Translations under genes and position numbers: made by a program
The notes under the pieces: model-generated
Database searches by the model: none
Seen by the model: the letters and a program-made list of their open reading frames with translations, nothing else
What the model was told of the DNA's origin: nothing
Part shown: one piece after another, positions 37,494 to 46,795 of the stretch
Layout: each line of letters starts with the position of its first letter
How positions within the stretch are numbered: position 1 is the first letter of the stretch
Origin: Candidatus Bathyarchaeia archaeon
Lineage (GTDB): Archaea > Thermoproteota > Bathyarchaeia > Bathyarchaeales > Bathycorpusculaceae
Direction: 5' to 3'
NCBI GenBank assembly: GCA_050010755.1
Contig: JBEKKK010000001.1
Location: forward strand, 128,001 to 192,000
Length of the DNA: 64,000 nt

Positions 37494-38357
37494 GTGTCAA
37501 AATTGCTTTCTGTTGTGATTCCTGCGTTGAACAGTGCGGTAACAATTTCGGACACTCTTTCATCGATTTTCTCGAATGAAACCAGTGGCGGAAGGTTCGA
37601 GGTTCTTCTGGTTGATAATGGAAGTTGTGATGAAACGGTTGAGATAGCAAGAAGGTTTCCTGTGAAGATATTCCACTGCTCAAGAAGAGGCATAGGGCCT
37701 CCGAGAAATTTGGGGATTCAGAAGGCCCGAGGGGACATCGTAATCTTCACGGACTCTGATTGCATAGTCGAAAAAGATTGGATAACAAAGATATCCGCTT
37801 TCTTCAACCGACACTCAGAAGCTGACGGAGTCGGTGGGCCGGTATTTCCCTACCCTTATTGTCAAAATAGGATTCAGGAATTGACTGGAAAACTTTTTGT
37901 GGAAGACCAAGGTTATCCCAGAAGAATCAGGAAAATTCAACCTGGTTCCACGCAGGGGCTTATTTTCGGCTCAAACAGCGCTTACAGGAGAAGCGTGCTT
38001 GTGAAATCTGGTGGCTTCAATGAGCCGGGAGGGTCAAACCTAGAACTCGCGTTGAGGCTTGTTGCTAATGGAAAGAACCTGTTTTTCTATCCTGGCATAA
38101 TAGTGTACCACGTTTTTCCAAGCAACCTTAAGTCTATTTTCAGACAACAATTTAGGTGGGGAGCACAATCGACTCACATGAAGCGGATGCATCACCTTGA
38201 TAAGGGAGCAAGGGAAATCGTTTACATTTCTTACTTTCCTGTTCGGCGTTTGCTTTCTTTACTTTTTCCTGTGGATTTGGAAAAGAAGTTGTTACACTTT
38301 ACTCAGGTGGCGAGTTACGGTTTAGGTCGCGTCTATGGATTTCAGTTAGAATCTTGA
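37494..38357 (+). CDS. Glycosyltransferase family 2
   Basis: SVVIPALN, VDNGSCD, RNLG, FTDSDC, QQFRWG. Confidence 0.9.
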   Translation: MSKLLSVVIPALNSAVTISDTLSSIFSNETSGGRFEVLLVDNGSCDETVEIARRFPVKIFHCSRRGIGPPRNLGIQKARGDIVIFTDSDCIVEKDWITKISAFFNRHSEADGVGGPVFPYPYCQNRIQELTGKLFVEDQGYPRRIRKIQPGSTQGLIFGSNSAYRRSVLVKSGGFNEPGGSNLELALRLVANGKNLFFYPGIIVYHVFPSNLKSIFRQQFRWGAQSTHMKRMHHLDKGAREIVYISYFPVRRLLSLLFPVDLEKKLLHFTQVASYGLGRVYGFQLES

Positions 38358-38446
38358 AGCGATGAATCTGAACCGTGAGATAGAGCCCGTATGATCGGGT
38401 TATGTGAAGCACTTGGAGTATCCGTTTGACATGTTGAGGAGAGAAG

Positions 38447-39529
38447 ATGAAAAGGAGTTTGAATCGTGCTTCAAATGCGGTACGATACGGTGTTCTGTAC
38501 TTGGGAAATTACTCTTTTCTGAAACTTATCTCTCCGAACCCAGATTATGCTGAGGTGAGGGTTACCGAGGGATGTAATAGCAGATGCGTAACGTGTAGGG
38601 CTTGGAAAAATTCGAGAGAAGGTGAATTATCTACTCAGGAAATGATCAGTGCCTTCGAGCAATTGAGAAGAATCGGGGTCGAGTCCATTCGCATCTCTGG
38701 AGGAGAGCCGTTGATTCGATCTGATATTATAGAGTTGATAAAAGAGTGCAAAAGGCTGAAATTTCGACAGATATACCTCGCAACAAACGGCCTTCTGCTT
38801 CATCAGAAGGCTGAAGATCTTGTTGAGGCCGGAGTTACCCATTTTGGCGTTTCGTTAGATGGAATTGAAGAGACTAATGATATGATTCGAGGAGTCCCTG
38901 GAAGTTACGAGAGAGTCTCAGAAGGCATTCGTGCTGTAAAAGGTTCTATGAAGAAAGTGGGGGTTAGCTTTCCTGTAACGGTCTTTACGACCTTGCTGAG
39001 GCAGAATATTCGTGAGGTGCCGCGGCTCTTGAAACTCTGTGAAGATATTGGTGCAAACTGGTGTTTCAGTTTGCTGGATGGGAATCTTGATTTTTTTGAG
39101 GGCGTTGATATTTCAGAATTGGTGGTTAACGATTGGAAAGTCATTGATGAAACCATAGATTATCTGCAGAAGCTATGGAGGGAGAAACCTTGGCTTGTTT
39201 ATTCTGGACCGAACATTCTTGAATATGCCAGAAACTACCTTAAGGGGGTAAACAGGGATGATGATGTTCCGTGCACTCTCGGATACAAGCTGATCTCACT
39301 AGGATCCAGGGGAGAAGTCTATCCCGGATGCTATGTTTTCAAGTCTATCGGAAACATAAGGCATAAGGCACTAGGTGAAATAGTGAAGTCTAAGGAATAC
39401 GCAGCCCTTGCTGAGAAAATGTATCGTGGAGAATGCGCGGGCTGCACCTTCTTCTATGAAGACAACGTTCTAATCAGGAACATGTTTCCAAGAGTGGAAA
39501 GAATAAGAAGTTTAATGAGAAGCAAATGA
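38447..39529 (+). CDS. Radical SAM protein with SPASM/twitch domain
   Basis: CNSRCVTC (CxxxCxxC), SGGEP, TNG, SLDG, and C-terminal C...GEVYPGC...GNI...CAGC. Confidence 0.92.
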   Translation: MKRSLNRASNAVRYGVLYLGNYSFLKLISPNPDYAEVRVTEGCNSRCVTCRAWKNSREGELSTQEMISAFEQLRRIGVESIRISGGEPLIRSDIIELIKECKRLKFRQIYLATNGLLLHQKAEDLVEAGVTHFGVSLDGIEETNDMIRGVPGSYERVSEGIRAVKGSMKKVGVSFPVTVFTTLLRQNIREVPRLLKLCEDIGANWCFSLLDGNLDFFEGVDISELVVNDWKVIDETIDYLQKLWREKPWLVYSGPNILEYARNYLKGVNRDDDVPCTLGYKLISLGSRGEVYPGCYVFKSIGNIRHKALGEIVKSKEYAALAEKMYRGECAGCTFFYEDNVLIRNMFPRVERIRSLMRSK

Positions 39530-40479
39530 ACATGGCTCTTCCACGCACTCTTTTTTTGACGTTTGATGTAGAAGATTTCATCAATGATAGATCAATCAAG
39601 GCTTTGAATTGCATTCTGGAGATGTTGAAAAAGAATAAACTTGGGGCTTTATTCTTTATCACGGGACACATGGCGGAAAAACTTGCCGGGCAGGAAGAGA
39701 CTCTCGGACTTCTTCGCGAACATCAAATAGGCTATCATTCATCATGCCATTCGGTGAGACCTACAATTCTTGAATACACGGATGTGGAGAACTATGATGA
39801 AGCTCTCTTGGAGTCCGAAAAAAGGGAGACTTCACACATAAATCCGCTGACAGGAGAAATTGAAGGAAAGGGCGGAATTCACATCTTGCGAGAGTTATTT
39901 GGGAACAGCAGGATTGAAGCTTTTAGGGCTCCAGATTACTGTTGGGCTCCCCCGCATCTGGAAGCACTGAACAAGTTGGGTTTCCATTATGATTTCTCTA
40001 CAAAAATGGTCCACGAGCCTGCTTCCTACAAGGGTATAACCTTTTACCCGTACCCTATGTGTCATTATTGGAAAGGAAGGTCTAGCTACCTTAGGCTAGC
40101 ACGCTGTGTTGCTGTTAAAAAGACGACTGTTTTGAATTTTCATGATTGGGATTTTGTAAACAGTAAAGCTTGGAATTACTTTTACAGAAACGGTAATCCT
40201 GAAAAGTTGTTCAAGGTTCCTCCCCGAAGCCATGAATCGATGGAAAACATGTTTACCAGCTTTGAGTCCTTTCTGAAAAGGGTCAAGGCTCTTGAAAAGA
40301 CAGGAATAGTCAGAGTCACGCCAAAGCTTGAAAACCCTGGAAAACGCCTTGAGATTAACAGAGTTCCTGTGGAACAGGTGTGCAGAGAAATTACGCGTTG
40401 GTTTAAAGGCGATTATTTCTACCAAATAAGATATCTTAATCAGCACTTCAAAACGTTTTTTGAAGCAGATCACGATTGA
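39526..40479 (+). CDS. Polysaccharide deacetylase (NodB/CE4-like)
   Basis: LTFDVED, IGYHSSCH, FRAP and NFHDW motifs. Confidence 0.85.
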   Translation: MNMALPRTLFLTFDVEDFINDRSIKALNCILEMLKKNKLGALFFITGHMAEKLAGQEETLGLLREHQIGYHSSCHSVRPTILEYTDVENYDEALLESEKRETSHINPLTGEIEGKGGIHILRELFGNSRIEAFRAPDYCWAPPHLEALNKLGFHYDFSTKMVHEPASYKGITFYPYPMCHYWKGRSSYLRLARCVAVKKTTVLNFHDWDFVNSKAWNYFYRNGNPEKLFKVPPRSHESMENMFTSFESFLKRVKALEKTGIVRVTPKLENPGKRLEINRVPVEQVCREITRWFKGDYFYQIRYLNQHFKTFFEADHD

Positions 40480-40594
40480 AATGTCTGCAATTAGGCATTT
40501 GGCAGGTTTAGGGCAATGAAGCCTTAAAAGCGACACCCAAGTGAAACTTGACTGATTAGAGAATGTAATGCTCAAAATATCAGGAGTGATTTTG

Positions 40595-41572
40595 ATGCGT
40601 TTAACATCTAGAATCAAAAAGTCGAAGGCGATGATCCGTCTTGTGAGACCTTTTGAATTGGCTCCTAGTGACCTGATTTATGCAATTTTTGTTAGGGAGG
40701 ATGGGAAGAGTTATGAGATACCTTCCATGAAAGGCCAGCGCTATCTTTCTCTGGATGGTGCCGCTGAGACCTGTCGGAAGACCGTTGAATTGGGCATCCC
40801 CGGGATGATGGTGTATGGCGTTTTGAAGGAGAAGGATGCGGACGGTTCCATAGCTCTCGGGAAGAATGCTTTTCACAGGAAAATCTTTCGAAGACTCAGG
40901 AAGGAGGTTGGTGACGATCTGGTCCTCATATCCAACCTCTGTCTGTGCGATTACACGGCAGAGGAGTTTTGCGTTTACTCAGATAAGGGAAAGGTGCTTA
41001 ATGAGAAGACTGCGGAGATGCTGGGAAAGATGGCTGTAGTTCACGCTGAGGGTGGCGCGGATGTGATTGCTCCTGCGGGAATGTGTGACGGGCAGGTTGG
41101 ATGCATAAGGGCGGCTTTGGATAGAGAGGGCTTTGAAGACGTTGCCGTGATGAGTTACATCAAGACTGACAGCTGTCTGTTTGAGCCTTATTTTGAAGCT
41201 ATGACATTGTCGAATACTCCTAGACGCGGTGTGGATTCCAGCAAGTTCCGAACGGACGTAATCAACGAGAAGATGTTCATGCAAAAGGTCGACTTGGACA
41301 TCAACGAAGGAGCGGACATGGTTATCGTGAAACCCGCGCTGACGAATCTGGATCTTGTGCTCGCAGTCAAACAGAGGTATCCTACGATTCCAATCGCTGC
41401 CTATCAGGTAAGCGGCGAATATGCCATGATCAAGCTGCTGGCGGAGCATACTCGTGTTGATGAGAAGACTCTGTTCTTGGAGACACTAAGTTCCATTAAG
41501 AGGGCAGGAGCAGACATGATACTGACGTATTACGCTCAGGAAGCAGCGAAACTCTTGACTGAGCGAATGTAG
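40595..41572 (+). CDS. hemB: Porphobilinogen synthase (HemB/ALAD) homologue, divergent A-site
   Basis: CLCDY...C Zn triad, GADVIAP..M.DGQV, MSY-K, EGAD...VKPA, AYQVSGEYAMI, KRAGAD.ILTY. Start ATG 40595 after GGAGTGA (track: 40568). Confidence 0.9.
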   Translation: MRLTSRIKKSKAMIRLVRPFELAPSDLIYAIFVREDGKSYEIPSMKGQRYLSLDGAAETCRKTVELGIPGMMVYGVLKEKDADGSIALGKNAFHRKIFRRLRKEVGDDLVLISNLCLCDYTAEEFCVYSDKGKVLNEKTAEMLGKMAVVHAEGGADVIAPAGMCDGQVGCIRAALDREGFEDVAVMSYIKTDSCLFEPYFEAMTLSNTPRRGVDSSKFRTDVINEKMFMQKVDLDINEGADMVIVKPALTNLDLVLAVKQRYPTIPIAAYQVSGEYAMIKLLAEHTRVDEKTLFLETLSSIKRAGADMILTYYAQEAAKLLTERM

Positions 41573-41757
41573 AAAATTCAGGTCAGCATGAGAATCGACG
41601 GTTAATAAATTCTCAGAGTGCGCTATTAGTGATCAGAAATTCTGAAATCTAGTATTAATCTGCAGTGTGCAAAGAATAATTACACCGCCAAACAATCCCT
41701 AGAATGCGCGCCTTACAGTAGAATACTCTCCACATGAAACCCGGGATGGTTACATAA

Positions 41758-42453
41758 TTGCCAAAGAAACGTGTTTTGAGGAAAAGAATGGTTGTGTTTT
41801 CTCCGCATCCTGACGATGGAGCTCTGGGCTGTGGAGGTACCATCGCGAAGAGGGTGAGTGAAGGGTTTGACGTTTATGTGGTCATGTTGACGGATGGCAG
41901 GCATGCGTTTTCCAAGAGGCTAGGGATAAGCTCGGAGCCAAGTCCGGAAGAAGTGAAGCAGATTAGGAGACTAGAATTCACAAAGGCTATGAAGATGCTG
42001 GGCGTGCCCGAGAAAAATCTTCTTTTCTTTGATTTCGAAGATGGAACATTAGAGATGCATAGGGACGAAGCTGAGGAAAAAACAATAGCTATAATTGAAA
42101 AGTATTGGCCTGCTGACATGTATTACCCGTTTAGAAGAGATTGTCATCCGGATCATCAGGCAACGAACTCGATTGTGCGTCACGCACTGCAGCAGCTGAG
42201 GTATGCCGGATCGTATGAATACACTATTACACACACGTACGCGCATCTGGGTCCGTTAATGGAGAGGTTCCTAAGTCTTCTCAAGAGAGACGAGGTTGAA
42301 GAAGACATTTCAGCGTTCCTCAATCTCAAAGAGAGGGTACTTGACGAGTACAAAAGCGTAACGACAATAATCTCAAGTAAGCAAAAAAAACCTCTTCACA
42401 CAAGCGTGAAAAGATTCTTGAAGAAGAAAGAGATATTCCGCGAATCAAAGTAG
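41758..42453 (+). CDS. PIG-L/LmbE family de-N-acetylase
   Basis: PHPDD...GCGG, LTDG, R..E...A...LG, HPDH. Confidence 0.92.
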   Translation: MPKKRVLRKRMVVFSPHPDDGALGCGGTIAKRVSEGFDVYVVMLTDGRHAFSKRLGISSEPSPEEVKQIRRLEFTKAMKMLGVPEKNLLFFDFEDGTLEMHRDEAEEKTIAIIEKYWPADMYYPFRRDCHPDHQATNSIVRHALQQLRYAGSYEYTITHTYAHLGPLMERFLSLLKRDEVEEDISAFLNLKERVLDEYKSVTTIISSKQKKPLHTSVKRFLKKKEIFRESK

Positions 42454-42586
42454 CGCACAAAAGAACTGGCGTACATTATTTTTGACGTTACGGAAATAGA
42501 AAGAAGCCGGCTTTCGGTTGTTCTTGACACGCGGTTGAGTTTGGGTTGGAGTTGCAAGGAAATAAGGTGGTGGATGTGAAGAAAAA

Positions 42587-43711
42587 ATGATAGAGTTCTT
42601 GTTGTTGCTTTTTGTCTTGCTGTTCGCGCTTTTTGTCGGGATTTATGGGATTTACTTTGTGTGTGTCAGTGTCTGGGCGAAAAGACCTTGGGGAATAACG
42701 ATTGACAACCACTTTCAATCCAAGGTGTCAATTCTCATTCCTGTTCACAATGAAGAAAAAACCATAACGGACAAGCTGGAAAACATCAAGAGCGTCGATT
42801 ATCCCAAAGAAAACATCGAGATAATAGTGACTGACGATGCTTCTGATGATGATACTCTGCAAACAGTGAAAAGTTTCACAGAGCTTAACCCAGTTCTCAA
42901 CATCAGGGTCGTCGAAAATAATGTGCGAATGGGGAAATCGGTTGCTTTGAACGGGGCTCTGCCTTTTTCTTCAAACGATGTGGTCATAGTTTCTGATGCA
43001 GACACCCAGTGGCCTGAGGATATGCTTAGGAAAACGTTGCCTTATCTTGCGGATTCGAAAGTCGGGGCAGTGACTTGCAGAGGGGTGAACAGAAACAGAG
43101 GTGAGACTTGGGTGACAAAGGGTGAAGATACTTACCTTCATTTTACTAATTTGATAAGGCTCGGCGAATCGAAACTCCATTCGACAATAAGGTTTGAAGG
43201 GGGGTTCTGTGCTTTTAAGAAGAACGCTTTTGACAGGTTTGACGCAGAAACTGGCTCGGATGATTCTGGGACGGCGTTAAAGGTGGTTCAGCGGGGATAC
43301 AGAGCAATAATGGTGCCTGACGCGGTTTTCTACACGGCTTTCCCAACTCTTTTTGCCGACAAGTTGAAAACGAAGGCACGCCGCGCGACTCAACTCGTCA
43401 GTCTGTGGACAAAATGCTCGAATCTTCTGTTTCAGAGGCGACTTCTTCTGCCCAAAAAAATCGTCATCCCCGAACTGCTGCTGTTCACTCTTAGTCCATT
43501 GATTCTCGCAGGCTTAATCGTAACAACGGCTTCAGCGATTCTGCTATCCCCGTTCTCACTTTTTACCTTGAGCGTTCTTCTTTTCGTTGGTTGTTTGTTG
43601 ATTCTTGCTCGAAGAACATTCATTGAGGTTCTGGTTGACAATTTCGTTCTGTTCTATTCACTATTGTCAAACGTGCGTGGCAGACGCTATACCGTTTGGG
43701 AAAAATCTTAA
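42587..43711 (+). CDS. Membrane glycosyltransferase family 2 (PgaC/IcaA-like)
   Basis: N-terminal TM, ILIPVHNEE, DDASDD, GKS.ALN, SDAD, SDD, C-terminal TMs. Confidence 0.9.
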   Translation: MIEFLLLLFVLLFALFVGIYGIYFVCVSVWAKRPWGITIDNHFQSKVSILIPVHNEEKTITDKLENIKSVDYPKENIEIIVTDDASDDDTLQTVKSFTELNPVLNIRVVENNVRMGKSVALNGALPFSSNDVVIVSDADTQWPEDMLRKTLPYLADSKVGAVTCRGVNRNRGETWVTKGEDTYLHFTNLIRLGESKLHSTIRFEGGFCAFKKNAFDRFDAETGSDDSGTALKVVQRGYRAIMVPDAVFYTAFPTLFADKLKTKARRATQLVSLWTKCSNLLFQRRLLLPKKIVIPELLLFTLSPLILAGLIVTTASAILLSPFSLFTLSVLLFVGCLLILARRTFIEVLVDNFVLFYSLLSNVRGRRYTVWEKS

Positions 43712-43802
43712 ACTACCTAAAATGAAAATCTGGCGATCTTAAAATGATTAAAGTCGGAATTATCTGTCGGGGCAGTTCCTGAAATTATTGGAGTGATAGA
43801 CA

Positions 43803-44792
43803 ATGGAGAATCGTAGGCTTAGGGTCGGCGTAGTGGGGTTGGGGAAGATGGGTCTCGTTCATTCCAGTATTTTGAGTGTTTTACCCAACGCTGAAGTTAC
43901 AATTTTGTGCGAGAAGAGTGGTATGCTCCGACGATTCTTTAGCAAGATCTTCAGGAGAGTGCCCGTCGTAGATGATGTTTCCATGTTTTCTGACCAGAAT
44001 TTGGACGCGGTTTTCGTAACTACTCCCATCAACTCTCACTTTCCAGTCGCGCACGCGGTTTATTCCGACAAGTTAGCCTCAAACCTTTTCGTTGAGAAGA
44101 CTTTGGCCAGCAGTTTTGGCGATTCTCAGGAGCTCTGTGCCAGGGCTCGGGAGGCGGGTGGCATCAACATGGTGGGCTATCTTAGAAGGTTCTACGTGAC
44201 TTTCAAGAAGGCAAAGAGTCTTTTGGATGAGAGCACGATCGGTGAGTTGTCTACTTTCAAGGCATATGCGTTTTCTTCTGACTTCGTTGGAAACGAGAAA
44301 GATGGCGAATTTGGGGGGGTTCTGAGCGATTTGGGCTGTTACGCGATGGATTTGGCGCTGTGGTTCTTCGGTGATGTCAATGTGAAGCCGGAGAGTGTAG
44401 CTCGGATTTCAGAGGGTGATGTTCAAAATGTTGTGCGGTTTGAGCTGAACCGGGCAGATGGTTTCAGTGGTACATGTGATGTTTCTTGGCGAATGAAGAA
44501 CTATAGAATGCCTGAAGTTGGTTTTTTGGTAGAGGGTTCGAAGGGAAAAGTCCAAGTTGATGATGACAGAGTTGAGTTGAAATTAAATGATGGAAATTCA
44601 CGCAGATGGTTCCGACATGATCTTTCGGACAACGTGCCTTTCTGGCTGTCAGCTCCTGAATACTACAGAGAGGACGAGTATTTTGTACGGTGTGCACTTG
44701 ATGGCTTTCGGACGGAGCCTTCTTTTGAATCGGCATGCAAGGTGGACAAGATGATTGACGACGTGAAGAGCAGATTGAAGCTGAGAGGTTGA
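43803..44792 (+). CDS. Gfo/Idh/MocA family oxidoreductase
   Basis: VVGLGKMG, TTP..SH, EKTLA, GG.L.DLGCY. Confidence 0.9.
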   Translation: MENRRLRVGVVGLGKMGLVHSSILSVLPNAEVTILCEKSGMLRRFFSKIFRRVPVVDDVSMFSDQNLDAVFVTTPINSHFPVAHAVYSDKLASNLFVEKTLASSFGDSQELCARAREAGGINMVGYLRRFYVTFKKAKSLLDESTIGELSTFKAYAFSSDFVGNEKDGEFGGVLSDLGCYAMDLALWFFGDVNVKPESVARISEGDVQNVVRFELNRADGFSGTCDVSWRMKNYRMPEVGFLVEGSKGKVQVDDDRVELKLNDGNSRRWFRHDLSDNVPFWLSAPEYYREDEYFVRCALDGFRTEPSFESACKVDKMIDDVKSRLKLRG

Positions 44793-45712
44793 GTGTTATG
44801 GACAAAAAATTTTTCCTCGTGGGGGATAACCCTTTTCACAGTATAAGTCATCTTTCGCAGGAACGGAGCAGGGCGAGGAGTGATTTCGCTACTCAGCCTG
44901 AGAGCGCTGCACGTCTTGTGTCTTTAGCAGTTGAGAATGGTGCAAATGGATTCATGTTTTCTGTCAGCGACACTACTCTCGGAATTCTGAGAAAGTTGCG
45001 GATAGAAGGGGTAACGTCAGGGTTAGATATTTTTGCAATCGTGCCCTATGCCTACGAATATGTGAGGCTGGCTGCACAGTCTGGCGGTCTGGTCGGGCTG
45101 GGGCAGCGATTCGGCAAGCAGCTCTTGCTTTCCGGCAATCTCGGGGCCGTTGGGGGCGGCTTGAAGGGCGTTCTGCGGATGAATCCTGAGTCGCTTCTGA
45201 GGACGTATCTGAGTTTTGAGCTCTCGAGAATCCGCTCGGCAGCTGGAAAGCACGCGAATGTGGAGTCAGTTTTGCTGCATGAGGTTATAACTGACATGGC
45301 TTTGGCGCTGGATATGGACTGGCTGTTCAAGGCCTACGTGAAGTTTCTGCGCGGTAAGGACATTGTACCCGGTTTCAACACTTGCAATTTTGCTTGTTTG
45401 GCTGATAAGTTCGAAAGATGGGGATTTGAGCTGGGTGAGGTTGTTATTGCCGCGCCTTTCAACAAGGTTGGTTTTCAAATGAACCCGTCAAGGGAAGAGT
45501 GCGAAAAGGCTCTTTCGAAGTTGAAGGTTTCTGTCACGATTGCGATAAGTGTCTTGGCCGCTGGGTATCTGAAAGTTCCTGAAGCAGTGGATTATGTCGC
45601 TGGGTTGCCAAACGTGAAAGGTTTGGCTGTCGGCGTCTCAAAAGAAGCTCACGCTAGAGATACTTTCAGGTTCATTAGAGAAAGGTTTGATAGTGCACGC
45701 GCTCTAGGTTAG
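44789..45712 (+). CDS. Conserved hypothetical protein (probable TIM barrel, aldo-keto-reductase-like)
   Basis: LVGDNPF..SH, PFNKVGFQM and SVLAAG motifs. Overlaps the oxidoreductase stop. Confidence 0.65.
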   Translation: MSVMDKKFFLVGDNPFHSISHLSQERSRARSDFATQPESAARLVSLAVENGANGFMFSVSDTTLGILRKLRIEGVTSGLDIFAIVPYAYEYVRLAAQSGGLVGLGQRFGKQLLLSGNLGAVGGGLKGVLRMNPESLLRTYLSFELSRIRSAAGKHANVESVLLHEVITDMALALDMDWLFKAYVKFLRGKDIVPGFNTCNFACLADKFERWGFELGEVVIAAPFNKVGFQMNPSREECEKALSKLKVSVTIAISVLAAGYLKVPEAVDYVAGLPNVKGLAVGVSKEAHARDTFRFIRERFDSARALG

Positions 45713-45759
45713 AGCTCTTCGAATGAGATATCGTGATGAGCTCAAAATGAGCTTGGGTT

Positions 45760-46749
45760 TTGCGTGAAGATCCAAGAATGAGAGTTCAGGAAGTGTATTT
45801 GAATCCAATGTTATATGCCTCTTTCCATTTCAGCGAACCCCAGCCTAAGGTCAAACCAAAAATCTCGATTGGTGTTTGCGTGAGAAACTGTGAGGGTTCA
45901 ATAGAGGAAGCCTTCAGAAGCTTGCTGGGTCAACAGTTTCCGCATGCACTTATGGAATTAATATTCGTGGACGATGGCAGTGAGGATAACACTCTTTCGA
46001 TAGTTCGCGACCTAGCTTCAAAAACTAGCATACCAACGCGAGTTTATCATACTACATGGCTAGGAATTGGTCACGCAAGAAACATCGTTATCGACTACGC
46101 ACTAGGCCAGTATATCGTCTGGGTTGATGGCGATATGGTTCTTTCAAACGATTATATCCAGAAGTTGGTGGAGTTGATGGATTCAAATCCTGACTTAGGA
46201 ATTGCGAAAGGCAAACAATCCTTAGAGCCTGTGGGAAATAGGCTTGCGATTCTGGAAACCTATGCTCGTGCCGCTTCCAGGATGGTTGATTACAGATCAA
46301 ACCCTGACCCCTCAAAGGCACTTGGAACCGGGGGAGCAATCTACAGAGCCGACACAATAAAGCAGGTTGGCCACTTCGATGAGACGTTAAGAGGGTATGG
46401 CGAAGACTGGGATTTTGAACTAAGAGCCAGAGCTGCAGGCTGGTCCCTCTGCGCCGTAGATGTCAACTTCACTGATTATGAAAGAAAAGGAGTAACCTGG
46501 GGTTCACTGTGGCGCAGATATTGGCTGCGGGGATATCATACCCGCTACTTTTTGCACAAACATAGGGGACTCATTAAACACACAAGAATGAATCCACCAG
46601 TATCTTTCTTTGCGGGGCTTCTACAATCCCGCCCCTTATTCAGAAAAACAAGGCAAAAAATCGTATTTTTGTTACCTTTTGAATATCTTTTCAAGACAAC
46701 AGCATGGTATGTAGGCTTTCTGAATAGTCATTCGGGTTCCCACGTATAA
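45760..46749 (+). CDS. Glycosyltransferase family 2
   Basis: SIGVCVRN, FVDDGSED, ARN, WVDGD, GED. True start is probably later. Confidence 0.9.
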   Translation: MREDPRMRVQEVYLNPMLYASFHFSEPQPKVKPKISIGVCVRNCEGSIEEAFRSLLGQQFPHALMELIFVDDGSEDNTLSIVRDLASKTSIPTRVYHTTWLGIGHARNIVIDYALGQYIVWVDGDMVLSNDYIQKLVELMDSNPDLGIAKGKQSLEPVGNRLAILETYARAASRMVDYRSNPDPSKALGTGGAIYRADTIKQVGHFDETLRGYGEDWDFELRARAAGWSLCAVDVNFTDYERKGVTWGSLWRRYWLRGYHTRYFLHKHRGLIKHTRMNPPVSFFAGLLQSRPLFRKTRQKIVFLLPFEYLFKTTAWYVGFLNSHSGSHV

Positions 46750-46795
46750 TAGCGTGCACTTTACAGTTTCATCTGGTTTTTGGAGTTAATGTAAT

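Noticed and set aside
38447-39529. RiPP maturase or AhbC/D heme-synthesis enzyme
   Set aside because: No precursor peptide, PqqD domain or ahbAB genes are nearby, and the Cys pattern is a short twitch-like one, so it is left as an unassigned radical SAM enzyme.
32326-41572. Ordinary heme/cobalamin operon
   Set aside because: There is no hemC, hemD, cysG, ahb or cbi gene in the window. hemB is separated from hemAL by glycan genes and has lost its A-site arginines. This reading is not fully excluded without the rest of the genome.
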